A stretch of DNA of 52,229 nt, filler included, from Candidatus Woesearchaeota archaeon (GCA_018221205.1; 4 parts of 4 records of this genome joined end to end with filler, not necessarily neighbours in it), one strand, 5' to 3'; positions 7,761 through 17,209 are shown, numbered from the whole stretch's first letter. Notes: generated from the sequence alone by a model not told the origin. Translations and numbers: made by a program.

Positions 7761-10753
7761 CGTGCCTGCAATAAGGGAATAAGTCTCTCCTTGATGTATC
7801 GTATCAGTTGTTCAGGGGTACTAGCATTCATAATACCTTCATCATTAGTTCTGATGGCATCAACCATCTTAAGAGCTTCTTTAGTATAGATTCTCACTTC
7901 ATTCCGAAATCCTTCTGACAAGCCTGGCTCAGCTTCAGCTCGTAAGAGAAAATGATAGATTTTGTTCAAAGGACCATATTTTTCTTGGTGATCCCACCGT
8001 ATGGATGTAGTTACGTCGAAACGTTCAAGTTTCTGGACAGCTTGCGCCAAATCTAAAATTTCTTTTTCAGTCATACGCTCTGGAAGCTCGTTAAGAATAA
8101 TAAGATCATTTCTTATTTCATAATTCCTTATACCTGCAAATCCCATAGCCCTTTGAAATACATTTAGGAATACTCTCATGGGAATCCAACCACCTTTTAC
8201 ATCAGACATACGCAAATAATGTTCATATATGGCTTGACACTCTAGTCGAAGCCGAGCGAGAGAAAGGTAAGTTACTCTTTGATGAGTGAGCAAGTCTTTC
8301 CATTGTTTTGTTCTAATATCTTCATTTTCATGGAAATCCCCATACTGGGCAATGAGGGGCGTTTCAGAAAGCAATGAACCCAAAGCCCGTCTTGGGTTGC
8401 TAACAATCTTAACACTGTTAAGGTACTTTATACGTTCAGAAAGCTTGTCACAATATTTATAGTTTTGACTTCTTGCTCGCTTGATAAGCCACCCAATCTC
8501 TAAATCTTCAGCTACTGTCGCATTCGAATTATAGCCACCAATAGCAACATAGACACTTGATTTGAAGGCACTCGATCTACCTATAAGTTCAGGTACTTTT
8601 CCATGATACAGTCTTCTAAGAAGAATATCCACATACTGCCATAATCTTTGCGAATATCGAAGCAGAGGAGATTTCTCAAGCGCTTCCTTCGGCATGTCCC
8701 ATTTGGTAGCTACTGCATCTAATTGAGGTTCCCTTTCAAAAGCCTCGATGGTGGCTGTGACATAGTTACGACTGACATCTTCTAAATCAGCATCATTACT
8801 GATGAGGATAATATGCTTATCATGCCCGGCAACAAGTTTGCGGTATAATATTGCATCTACGAGATATTTTCGATATGCTCCAATCGGAAGTTTCTGCGGG
8901 AAATTCATATACATATGCCTAACTTTCAATCCTGGGTGGTCACTCTTAAACTGCTTAACACGCTCTCCAGTAAGATCACGTGCACCTGATTGGGGATGAT
9001 TCTCGAAGATTACAATCTCAAATAGATTTTTATGACTGCATTTATTGAACGCCCCTAAAGTCTTATAGATAGTGTCCTGTTCTTGATAAGCAGGTATAGC
9101 GATTACAGCCTTAATCTCATTATCCATGGGTTCAACTTGTTGAGCAAACTGTGCTAAAAACGTCCTATAAGAATCAGATTGGCGATTCAGATATTCTTCT
9201 ATCATCCTATTATCATTGATTGGAAGATCGGGTGTAAAGCCCGCAATACGAAGTTTCTGCTCTTCGTCTGAGAGCAATCCAAGATCACCCTCCCCCTCTC
9301 CATAAATAACTATTTCGCCTTTTTGAGGTCCTGATCCTGTTCTGAACTGAATTCGATAATAACCATAAGCAGTAGCAAGTATCTTTTGACCGTATTTTTT
9401 TGGACTTCTCAAAGAAGTGAACATACCAAGGATTACAATACCAGGACCTTCAACAGGTTTAAAATTGACAAAAGCAGCCTTTGCCTGAGTGCTAGCTCGA
9501 GGAAAATTAACTTTTTTTGATTCTTCATCAAAATTCCGAATGAAACCTACTCGAGATGCATTTCCATGATCATCATTCTTTTCTGCTCCATATGCCTCAA
9601 TACCCCATTTTTCTAGTATCTCCTTAGGACAGGGTCGGAAATTCCTTCCATCATAGTATTGCAGGAAGAATTTATAGGAATAACTCATACCATTGTAGGC
9701 ACTTTTATTTATTTTAACAGAGAATGACATAGATTTAATCTCTTCTCCTTTAATCAAGTCTACAACTGCATATCTTCTTACTTTGGATCCATAGACTTCA
9801 TTCTGAACATGATCAACATATCTTCCTGTAGGTTCAACCGTAATCTCAAAACCATCGAAATCTGGAGGAGGTCTCGGACCAGGAGTTGGACCCGGACCAG
9901 GAGTATCTGGTGTATCTGGAGTATCTGGAGTATCTGGTGTATCTGGAGTATCTGGTGTATCTGGTGTATCAGGTGTATCAGGACCCGGACCCGGAGGAGT
10001 GACCGGAGTTGGAGTCGGACCAGGAGGGCCAGGCGGACCAGGAGGACCTGGAGGAGTGACTGGAGGAGTGACAGGCGGCGTCGGTCCAGGGGGAGGAGTA
10101 GGCGGAGTCGGACCCGGTGGAGGTGTCGGCCCTGGCCCCGGTCCAGGTTTTGGCCCCGGTTCATCAGGCTCAGCAGACTTTGGTGGCTTCCATTTGCTGA
10201 AGAAGCAGATCAAAGTCAAAATAAGGAGGACGACTGCCAGAACAATCCCCCATTCACCAACTCGGCTATAGATATTAGGTCCAGCCTCTCCTAGATACAA
10301 AAATAAAGCTGACAGAAGGGAAACAATGATGGTCGCAATCAACAGAACAACGCATTTGTTCTTGATTTTTGACTTCCGTGCCATCCAAATGACTAAGATA
10401 GGCAATAACAGCAATACTAAGATAGTCAGCCAGCTATAGGCCTGCAATAAGATGAGCAGGACATCATTCGGGATGAAAATAACTCCGATAAGAGAAGAGA
10501 CAAAGGCGATCATGCTCGCGGATCTATTGTTCCCATGGAAAGATTTTTTCAGACCAGTATAAAATAGTGCATAGACAACAATCCAGAGCAATGCTTTGAA
10601 GTAATACACCAGAACAATCTCATTCTGCACACTCGGCAAAGCACCAAACAAAATGGCCAAGACATTCTTGACACTCTCTGGAACAATCGGAGATGCACCT
10701 AGTGCAAAAGGTAACGCAAAGATCATTCCTATTAATCGTAAGAGCTTATTCAT
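7757..10753 (-). CDS. Multi-TM module + Pro/Gly/Thr-rich linker + GT2-family (GT-A) glycosyltransferase domain
   Basis: VIAIPAYQE, EIVIFEN, DAD (DxD), GGY..VAEDLEIG and SNPRR motifs; Pro-rich region ~aa 190-298. Confidence 0.8.
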   Translation of the reverse strand: MNKLLRLIGMIFALPFALGASPIVPESVKNVLAILFGALPSVQNEIVLVYYFKALLWIVVYALFYTGLKKSFHGNNRSASMIAFVSSLIGVIFIPNDVLLILLQAYSWLTILVLLLLPILVIWMARKSKIKNKCVVLLIATIIVSLLSALFLYLGEAGPNIYSRVGEWGIVLAVVLLILTLICFFSKWKPPKSAEPDEPGPKPGPGPGPTPPPGPTPPTPPPGPTPPVTPPVTPPGPPGPPGPPGPTPTPVTPPGPGPDTPDTPDTPDTPDTPDTPDTPDTPDTPGPGPTPGPRPPPDFDGFEITVEPTGRYVDHVQNEVYGSKVRRYAVVDLIKGEEIKSMSFSVKINKSAYNGMSYSYKFFLQYYDGRNFRPCPKEILEKWGIEAYGAEKNDDHGNASRVGFIRNFDEESKKVNFPRASTQAKAAFVNFKPVEGPGIVILGMFTSLRSPKKYGQKILATAYGYYRIQFRTGSGPQKGEIVIYGEGEGDLGLLSDEEQKLRIAGFTPDLPINDNRMIEEYLNRQSDSYRTFLAQFAQQVEPMDNEIKAVIAIPAYQEQDTIYKTLGAFNKCSHKNLFEIVIFENHPQSGARDLTGERVKQFKSDHPGLKVRHMYMNFPQKLPIGAYRKYLVDAILYRKLVAGHDKHIILISNDADLEDVSRNYVTATIEAFEREPQLDAVATKWDMPKEALEKSPLLRYSQRLWQYVDILLRRLYHGKVPELIGRSSAFKSSVYVAIGGYNSNATVAEDLEIGWLIKRARSQNYKYCDKLSERIKYLNSVKIVSNPRRALGSLLSETPLIAQYGDFHENEDIRTKQWKDLLTHQRVTYLSLARLRLECQAIYEHYLRMSDVKGGWIPMRVFLNVFQRAMGFAGIRNYEIRNDLIILNELPERMTEKEILDLAQAVQKLERFDVTTSIRWDHQEKYGPLNKIYHFLLRAEAEPGLSEGFRNEVRIYTKEALKMVDAIRTNDEGIMNASTPEQLIRYIKERLIPLLQAR
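9900..9980. repeat. 9-bp tandem repeat x9 (GGWGTATCW) encoding (PDT)9
   Basis: Nine contiguous units read directly from the sequence. Confidence 0.95.
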
Positions 10754-11003
10754 TTTGGATCACCCTCACAATAGTCTGAACCTTTACCCTATTCTCAATC
10801 TTATAATAGACAGATTTGCCCACTTTTCGAAAACTCACCAATTCAGCGTTCTCCAATTTACGAAGCGCCAAAGAAACGTTCGGCTGCGATTTCTTTACTT
10901 GAGAAACAAGATCAGAAACAGTATACTCTCTCTCAAGAAGCAAAAGCACTATCTGCAACCTAGTGGAATCAGCCAGTGCCTTCAAAAGCCTAATATTATA
11001 CAT
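10746..11003 (-). CDS. ArsR/SmtB-family transcriptional regulator
   Basis: KALADSTRLQI...SQPNVSLALRKLENAELV..RKVGK; stop overlaps the start of the GT gene. Confidence 0.9.
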   Translation of the reverse strand: MYNIRLLKALADSTRLQIVLLLLEREYTVSDLVSQVKKSQPNVSLALRKLENAELVSFRKVGKSVYYKIENRVKVQTIVRVIQNE

Positions 11004-11027
11004 ATTTATATATTTAAATATATAAAT
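11004..11027. promoter_or_regulatory. Perfect 24-bp palindrome, probable ArsR operator
   Basis: ATTTATATATTT|AAATATATAAAT directly upstream of the ArsR start codon. Confidence 0.65.
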
Positions 11028-11069
11028 GTATATAAAGCTAACGGAAAAATTTTTCGACTACCCAAGAAT

Positions 11070-11327
11070 TCACTCAATCTTGACTTTATTGCCTAAGCAC
11101 TGCCCAGGCATGCCTTTCTCAAAGATAGCTTTGACTGCACCACTATTGCCGTGTGCACCAGAGATCTTACCAGAAATCGAATTTCCTTTGGTATTGGTCC
11201 AAGAAACCTTCTTTCCAACTAAACCAGCAGCTTTCTTCATATCATCAACACCCGAAACAGAGACAATCATCTGATTAGGGCTCTTTCTATGCTTTCCACC
11301 TCTGAAATTAACTATGGTTCCTTCCAT
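11070..11327 (-). CDS. rpl35ae: 50S ribosomal protein L35Ae
   Basis: GKKVSW...ISGKISGAHGNSGAVKAIFEKGMPGQ signature. Confidence 0.92.
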   Translation of the reverse strand: MEGTIVNFRGGKHRKSPNQMIVSVSGVDDMKKAAGLVGKKVSWTNTKGNSISGKISGAHGNSGAVKAIFEKGMPGQCLGNKVKIE

Positions 11328-11366
11328 AGCATCTGAGAAATTTTGCCTATTTAAAAAGCTTACTCT

Positions 11367-13046
11367 TTAATTAAAGAGCAATGATGATAGCTCATAATCA
11401 TGCAGATCCTTAATTTCCTGCTCATCCAACACCCTATTCCACATCGCAACATCATCTATAGAGCCAAACCAGAAGCCAGTAAGCGCATTGTCAGCACCGA
11501 TGAATATCTGCTCAGTTGCACCGCTTGGTGTTCCTGTAGCTACAGATCTGAATTGATTGATGACTCCATTCGTATATACTTTCATCTCTCCATTGACATC
11601 CCACGTAAAGACAAGGTGAGTCCACTTCGGCAATCGAGGATATATGCTTTCATCATCATTATAATAATCATAATTTCTTATAGTATTAATGTCTCCATGA
11701 CCAAACCTTATTTCTAATCCATATGCATCAATTGATTGGCAACCATTATATCCTGTTTGGACTAGATTAGAGGTTTGATGCTGATAGAGTAATGGATATG
11801 TCTTACAGCCTTCTTTCTCAGGAAAATCTGCTTTAGTCCAAAGTGAGATGCTTCCCTGAGTATTGGTCAACTGCTCCGGTAATGAAAGGTAGTCATCAAC
11901 ACCATCAAAATGCAGAGCATTGCCGAACTGCCCAGCAATAGCAGTAGGCCCATTAGCAGTTATGGTTTGCTGATTGCTGCTTTGGTCAGCAGGATTGACA
12001 CTTTCAAGAGGAGAATAAAAAATCAAACCATTGAGTAAATCATCCTCATCAACCTGATTATCACAATCATCATCTGCACCATTATTTTTTTCATATGTTG
12101 GCCTTATCTCTCCTTCACAAACTCCCCATTGTCCATCAGTACAAGTGCGCACACCAGTCTGACACATGCCCACACCACTTCCACAGATCTCTGTTGCACC
12201 TTCAGTACAGGCTGCCCCTAAATTGGGTTTCCAGATGAACACTCCCTTAGAGGGGTCGTCAAATAATACATAAGCATCATAATCCTCCACATATCTGAAA
12301 TTACCATGAATTGATCGATAGAATCCTGGATCCGTACCCACTCCAGTGTATTTAGTCCAGGTAGCTGTCCAATCTTGTTCATTCACATCAAGTACATATA
12401 CATCAAGACCACCTGTCCATGCAATCACTTGTTGCCGCAAGGAATCATACGTCATTCCAGGATTGCTCGTTGCTTCGATTTCAGTATCACCTGAAGTCTG
12501 CAATTGTATAGGCGTGCCAGGATTGCTCAAATCATAGATTTTGGTGCCTTCACTATCACCAGTCTCGACAAACCAGTTATTCGCTTGGTCTATGACACCA
12601 TTCTTGCCAAGATCCTCCCAACCACCAGCGTTATGCTCTGCCCAGACATCAGTGATTGGATTGTATGAGTGCAATCCAGCTCGTGCCTGGAATGCAATAC
12701 AAAAGACCATAGAATCACTCCAGCGCACATCACAGGCAGCCTCAACACCGACTAAAGAATCAGCTTTTTGACTCCACGTTTTCGTCCTCATGTCAAACGC
12801 ATTCGTGTAAGGAGCACTCAAGCTTCGATCATAGATGCCCGGCATACCAAAGCCATAAAAGTGATCAAAATTATTGGCTTCATCATAGATATGCGCAAGG
12901 GTATTATACGTATGATATGCAGAGGGCTTTCCATCATCCTGATAGACGACATCAATCGTTATAGGATCACTACCATCAAGAGCTTCCCACGTTAACGTAT
13001 CAACATCAAAAGCATACAGCCAATTATCTCCTTCCTGGCCATGGCC
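11367..13046 (-). CDS. Surface protein: kelch-like propeller, Cys-rich DDDCD repeat, C-terminal LamG/concanavalin domain; 5'-truncated
   Basis: ALHFDGVDDY, WTHLVFTWD, GSIDDVAMWNRVL (LamG); NGADDDCDNQVDE; frame open up to the gap. Confidence 0.8.
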   Translation of the reverse strand, partial: GHGQEGDNWLYAFDVDTLTWEALDGSDPITIDVVYQDDGKPSAYHTYNTLAHIYDEANNFDHFYGFGMPGIYDRSLSAPYTNAFDMRTKTWSQKADSLVGVEAACDVRWSDSMVFCIAFQARAGLHSYNPITDVWAEHNAGGWEDLGKNGVIDQANNWFVETGDSEGTKIYDLSNPGTPIQLQTSGDTEIEATSNPGMTYDSLRQQVIAWTGGLDVYVLDVNEQDWTATWTKYTGVGTDPGFYRSIHGNFRYVEDYDAYVLFDDPSKGVFIWKPNLGAACTEGATEICGSGVGMCQTGVRTCTDGQWGVCEGEIRPTYEKNNGADDDCDNQVDEDDLLNGLIFYSPLESVNPADQSSNQQTITANGPTAIAGQFGNALHFDGVDDYLSLPEQLTNTQGSISLWTKADFPEKEGCKTYPLLYQHQTSNLVQTGYNGCQSIDAYGLEIRFGHGDINTIRNYDYYNDDESIYPRLPKWTHLVFTWDVNGEMKVYTNGVINQFRSVATGTPSGATEQIFIGADNALTGFWFGSIDDVAMWNRVLDEQEIKDLHDYELSSLLFN

Positions 13047-13146
13047 NNNNNNNNNNNNNNNNNNNNNNNNNNNNNNNNNNNNNNNNNNNNTTAATTAATT
13101 AANNNNNNNNNNNNNNNNNNNNNNNNNNNNNNNNNNNNNNNNNNNN
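13047..13146. other. Artificial contig linker
   Basis: Ns with TTAATTAATTAA. Confidence 0.98.
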
Positions 13147-13713
13147 GGAGAAAGCAAAGAAGAGTTTGTCCTCATGACCAGCTTTACTCCATTGAGAAAA
13201 GACAATATGGTAAGCTGGCTTGCCGCAAGAAGTGATGGAGAGAATTATGGCAAATTATTATTGTTTAAATTCCCCAAAGATGAATTAGTATACGGTCCTT
13301 TGCAGATTGAAGCTAAGATAGACCAGGACTCTGAGATATCCCAGCAATTGACATTATGGGGACAGCAGGGCAGCAGAGTCACCAGAGGTAATCTATTGGT
13401 CATCCCGATAGGCGAGAGTCTTCTCTATATTGAGCCGTTGTACATACAGGCAGAGACAGGCCAATTGCCAGAATTGAAGAGAGTCTTAGTTTCTGATGGC
13501 GAGAGAGTAGTGATGGAAAAAGACTTGGCAACAGGCCTGAGAGCACTTTTCGGAAAGAGTGAAACAATAACTGCTGAACGGACCGATAAAGAGCTTATAG
13601 AAGATGCTCAGGAATACTATGATTCCATACTTGATTCTATGAAGGGTCAGGATTGGGTAGGCATAGGGGATAATTTAGATAGGCTCGGGGAGATCATAGC
13701 TAAGCTGAAGTAG
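13147..13713 (+). CDS. UPF0182 family membrane protein, C-terminal fragment
   Basis: ARSDGENYGKL, YGPLQIEAKIDQD, RGNLLVIP, LYIEPLYIQA, PELKRV motifs. Confidence 0.88.
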   Translation, partial: GESKEEFVLMTSFTPLRKDNMVSWLAARSDGENYGKLLLFKFPKDELVYGPLQIEAKIDQDSEISQQLTLWGQQGSRVTRGNLLVIPIGESLLYIEPLYIQAETGQLPELKRVLVSDGERVVMEKDLATGLRALFGKSETITAERTDKELIEDAQEYYDSILDSMKGQDWVGIGDNLDRLGEIIAKLK

Positions 13714-13831
13714 ATGATTATAGGTGGCCGAGTATATATCAAGAAAGATTCTAGGCATTGAGACATAGCCCCGGAAAAATGCATGATTTTTCTACGAAAT
13801 CTTTATATATTCTCGAGGATTAGTTCTAGCT

Positions 13832-14026
13832 ATGATAAGTTCCAATTATGACTGGTTTGTGAAGACCGACTTGAGCAAATACAGCGGAAAATGGCTCGCT
13901 ATTATCGATAAGGAAGTTGTTGCTTCTGGCAAAGACGCGAAAAAAATCATTGCAGAAGCCAAGAAAAAATACCCTAACAAGCGACCTTTCATAACAAAAA
14001 TTAGGGACAAACTATCAATTCTCTGA
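13832..14026 (+). CDS. DUF5678-like small protein (putative antitoxin-like partner)
   Basis: KYSGKWLAIIDKEVVASG motif; TGATG overlap with the next gene. Confidence 0.75.
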   Translation: MISSNYDWFVKTDLSKYSGKWLAIIDKEVVASGKDAKKIIAEAKKKYPNKRPFITKIRDKLSIL

Positions 14027-14460
14027 TGTCATTAATATATCGTTTTAAGAAAGAGAAATTAGCGAGCGGAGCATATATGAGCCGGCCCCGCATCCACGTA
14101 ATCTTAGGGGGGAAAATCCCTATTGAAGTGCCCGCATTGATTGACAGCGGATGCGATATAACCGTCATTCCTGAAGCCATTGCAGAAGCGATAGGATTGG
14201 ATATGAGGGGCGAAAAAGATATTTTATATGGCCACAGGGAAAAATCAGATGTCATCCAAAGCCATGCCGCAATAACATTCCTTGGAAAAGCTGAAAGACA
14301 ATCAGTAAAACTGTCCCATGTACCTATCTTGATCAATCTGAAGAAAGGAAAAGAGGATACTGATGAAGTGACTCTGGGCATTAATGGGATATTCGATGCA
14401 TTTGATATAACATTTAAGAAACATCAGAATAAAATCATCTTTAAACAAGTGAGAGAATAA
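14026..14460 (+). CDS. Retropepsin-like (clan AA) aspartyl protease
   Basis: ALIDSGCDITVIP catalytic motif; LG...FDAFDITF C-terminal motif. Confidence 0.8.
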   Translation: MSLIYRFKKEKLASGAYMSRPRIHVILGGKIPIEVPALIDSGCDITVIPEAIAEAIGLDMRGEKDILYGHREKSDVIQSHAAITFLGKAERQSVKLSHVPILINLKKGKEDTDEVTLGINGIFDAFDITFKKHQNKIIFKQVRE

Positions 14461-14466
14461 GGAATC

Positions 14467-14667
14467 ATGGACTGGAAGATCGAAGTCTTCGGCAGGGTTT
14501 TATTGATTCTCCTAGAGCTTATAGCCATAGGAGGCATTATCTTCAATAAAAAGATCTCAAAAAGATTCAAGTTAAAGAAGAATCAAAGGATAATCTTGCT
14601 CATCATCGGCATTATCTCTTTAGGCCTGGCAATTAAACTCATTATCTGGTTCTTGAAGAATAACTAA
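14467..14667 (+). CDS. Small 2-TM protein
   Basis: 66 aa, two hydrophobic helices. Confidence 0.55.
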   Translation: MDWKIEVFGRVLLILLELIAIGGIIFNKKISKRFKLKKNQRIILLIIGIISLGLAIKLIIWFLKNN

Positions 14668-14888
14668 TCAAAATATTTCTTAGTGATCTTAGCCTGCATG
14701 ATAATGGGGACCATGATAAGTATTATTCCTGTAGCAAATAGCAATACGCCCAATACTTGTTCGATCCTACCAAGAGGGAAGGCTAAGAAGAAAGCTAAAA
14801 AGCCCAACACAATCATCTTCATGTTTCTTTTAGTCTCAGGCTTACTCCCTATCCTCTTCTCTGCCCGATCAATCTCCACAAAGCCCAT
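14664..14888 (-). CDS. Small 2-TM protein
   Basis: 74 aa; TATA-like TTTAAATA upstream. Confidence 0.55.
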   Translation of the reverse strand: MGFVEIDRAEKRIGSKPETKRNMKMIVLGFLAFFLAFPLGRIEQVLGVLLFATGIILIMVPIIMQAKITKKYFD

Positions 14889-14971
14889 ATAGTGTCTATA
14901 ATCTGCAGTTATTTAAACATTTTGACAATATATCCTCGGCTTTATTTCTTTAGGATTAGCGATAAAACTCA

Positions 14972-15871
14972 TTATCTGGTTTCTGGATTAACCTTGATCA
15001 TAGCCTTGAGCCCGTAGGTTAAGGCCTGCTTCATAAGATCAATATCCCCATTATAAGAGGCAATGATTTCACCGGCAAAAGCAATAGGCTCTCTCTTGAA
15101 CCAATCTTTGACACGTTTTTCCATCTCAGTTAAAGTCACTGCAGGCCTGTCAACATAAACAGTAATATTTCTTTCTCCCATATCAATTCTCATTGCCACA
15201 TGAGGCCTAGCATCATAATTTTCTCCGATGCGTTCTCCGACATACTCTGTTGCAGTTCTATCACGTGCCCATGCGAGCTGCTGCTCTTCCACACTTAAGT
15301 GCCCATCCCACTCTGCCATTACCGGAATCTGCAACTTACCAATAATTTTCAACGCACTTCGAAGAACCTGAGCAGGATGCTCAGCATGCTTATCACCACA
15401 TATCATTGCATCCAAAACGACTTGTCCATAATGTGCACAAGTATAGTAAGTGAAGAAAGCCTGCTGGACTGCTTCAATAACAATCTCAAAGATACGATTT
15501 CTCTTATGGAATTCAAAAGTCTCCTCAGTATAAGGCAAACGAGGATGTCCATTTCCCCTCAACCATTCATACATTTCTAAGACTGGAGGATTGTTACGGA
15601 AGTGATAGGCATGAAAGACTTCATGCAGTAAGGGAGTAAGTCCGTCATCTGAGGTTTTGATGATATTTCTATTGCCCCTGAGTGCAATACTGGCAATATC
15701 CTGTCTTTCCCAACTGTAAGTATCACCACCCGAAGAAAAACTCCCATTAGCAACAGATTTTCCTACATGCTCGATCTCAAATTCCAAAGGACTAACTCCG
15801 AAAAACCCACTGACATAATCAGAGGCTTCCTTAACCATCCGCTTTGCATTTTGCATACCAGAGAAGAACAC
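14972..15871 (-). CDS. Hypothetical protein with HExxH zincin-like motif
   Basis: LLHEVFHAYH, with candidate downstream Glu ligands. Confidence 0.6.
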   Translation of the reverse strand: MFFSGMQNAKRMVKEASDYVSGFFGVSPLEFEIEHVGKSVANGSFSSGGDTYSWERQDIASIALRGNRNIIKTSDDGLTPLLHEVFHAYHFRNNPPVLEMYEWLRGNGHPRLPYTEETFEFHKRNRIFEIVIEAVQQAFFTYYTCAHYGQVVLDAMICGDKHAEHPAQVLRSALKIIGKLQIPVMAEWDGHLSVEEQQLAWARDRTATEYVGERIGENYDARPHVAMRIDMGERNITVYVDRPAVTLTEMEKRVKDWFKREPIAFAGEIIASYNGDIDLMKQALTYGLKAMIKVNPETR

Positions 15872-15931
15872 TTTCTAATTTATAAATACAATACCTTAGC
15901 ATTTAAAAGAACAAGAGTATTCTCGTCTAAT

Positions 15932-16401
15932 ATGAAGTACACTGAAGAACAAGTAACAAGAGCGTTAAAAGAAAATCCAGATATGCCTGAAAACTAAGGG
16001 AGTATTTTCAGGCTAATTTAGATGGGACCTTACCGAAATTCTATCTAGATGATTTGACTCACTATCGTTTTGGATATTCAGATGAGCTTCCAGAGCCAGA
16101 TGTTCCAGAGACACATCCAGACTATAGATTCCTAAGACTTCAATTCAGAGAGCAGAATCAACAAATGAAAGCACGAGTTCATGCAATCATAGGAATCTCA
16201 TTATCATTACAAGGCGTCATTGGTGATGAAGTATTGGCTGCTCAAGGATATGAGGATATAGTTGAAGGGTTTTGCAAAAGGCAATGGAATGCACAAAGAG
16301 GAGCAAAAGGAGAATTCTGGACATTGCCTGAAGAGATCGGATATATGAATGCTACCTTAGACACATTCATCGGAGCGATTAAGGAAGTATATGGATTGTA
16401 A
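15932..16401 (+). pseudogene. Frameshifted hypothetical gene (-1 shift at ~15991)
   Basis: ATG 15932 frame stops at 15995-15997; the -1 frame is open from 15994 into ORF 16054..16401. Confidence 0.6.
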
Positions 16402-16456
16402 TTGCATAACTTATGATTATAGCTAATTTTATATACCTAAAAGACAAAAAACAATT

Positions 16457-16735
16457 ATGAATTTCCTCAAGCCCACAAAAGGCAAAGTATGGACAACCAT
16501 CTTCGCCTATGGAGCCTACCAGTTTGCTGATATGATTGCAGGCATGTTCATGTTCTTTAGGATAGGCTTGGATAAGATAGATGAATTTCTTAAGTTTGAA
16601 GAACAAGCAGCTGAGTTTTTCAGCTCAATCAGTGCCCAAGAGCTCTTCTTCTGGGACGCAGGAGCATTTGTCCTCACTATTCTTTTGATCTACTTAGCAG
16701 TCTGTTTTGGATTTATGATTGCAGAAAAATCTTAA
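16457..16735 (+). CDS. Small membrane protein (MNFLKPT..K N-terminus)
   Basis: 92 aa with 2 TM segments. Confidence 0.6.
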   Translation: MNFLKPTKGKVWTTIFAYGAYQFADMIAGMFMFFRIGLDKIDEFLKFEEQAAEFFSSISAQELFFWDAGAFVLTILLIYLAVCFGFMIAEKS

Positions 16736-17073
16736 GGAACATACCGACATTCTCCGTCGACACAAGAAGCAACTCCACCAAAATCCCGATCACACATAAC
16801 TCCCGTATATTCCTGACAGAAATCTGTAAGAAGTTCATTATATTTCACTAAATAATCCTTATGGGCTGCATCTGGAGGATTGCATCCAGAACAAGTAACC
16901 TCAATGAATGTACAATCTGAATCACGAGAACATTCTCTATCCTGCTCCTCTATCTGCAAAGGCATCTCATCTAGAGGAATACCAGGATGCTCATTTACAG
17001 GCAACAAAGGCTCTTGAACAGGCTCAGCAGCACAAGCAACCAAAAACAAAACAACAACAATCAACGCTTTCAT
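16732..17073 (-). CDS. Cys-rich lipoprotein
   Basis: MKALIVVVLFLVAC lipobox; CSRDSDC...CSGC...C...CVDGEC domain. Confidence 0.7.
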   Translation of the reverse strand: MKALIVVVLFLVACAAEPVQEPLLPVNEHPGIPLDEMPLQIEEQDRECSRDSDCTFIEVTCSGCNPPDAAHKDYLVKYNELLTDFCQEYTGVMCDRDFGGVASCVDGECRYVP

Positions 17074-17183
17074 ATTCTTCCCATATCGCAATCCTATATA
17101 AAATTTCTCGAAAATCCTCCGGAAATGAACAAGAAACCTATTTTAATTTCTTTACGTTAGTGATGATATGACCAAAAACCTTA

Positions 17184-17209
17184 AATACCAGTCGGTATCT
17201 ATTGGTATT
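17184..17209. promoter_or_regulatory. Inverted-repeat operator of a TA operon
   Basis: AATACCA-N12-TGGTATT ending immediately before ATG 17210. Confidence 0.55.

Noticed and set aside
9900..9980. Possible CRISPR array
   Set aside because: Contiguous 9-bp coding repeats without spacers; no cas genes and no CRISPR array seen in the window
9778..10294. Alternative-frame ORFs with IHQ, WCI/WSI and Gly-rich repeats
   Set aside because: Shadows of the Pro-rich repeat region of 7757..10753
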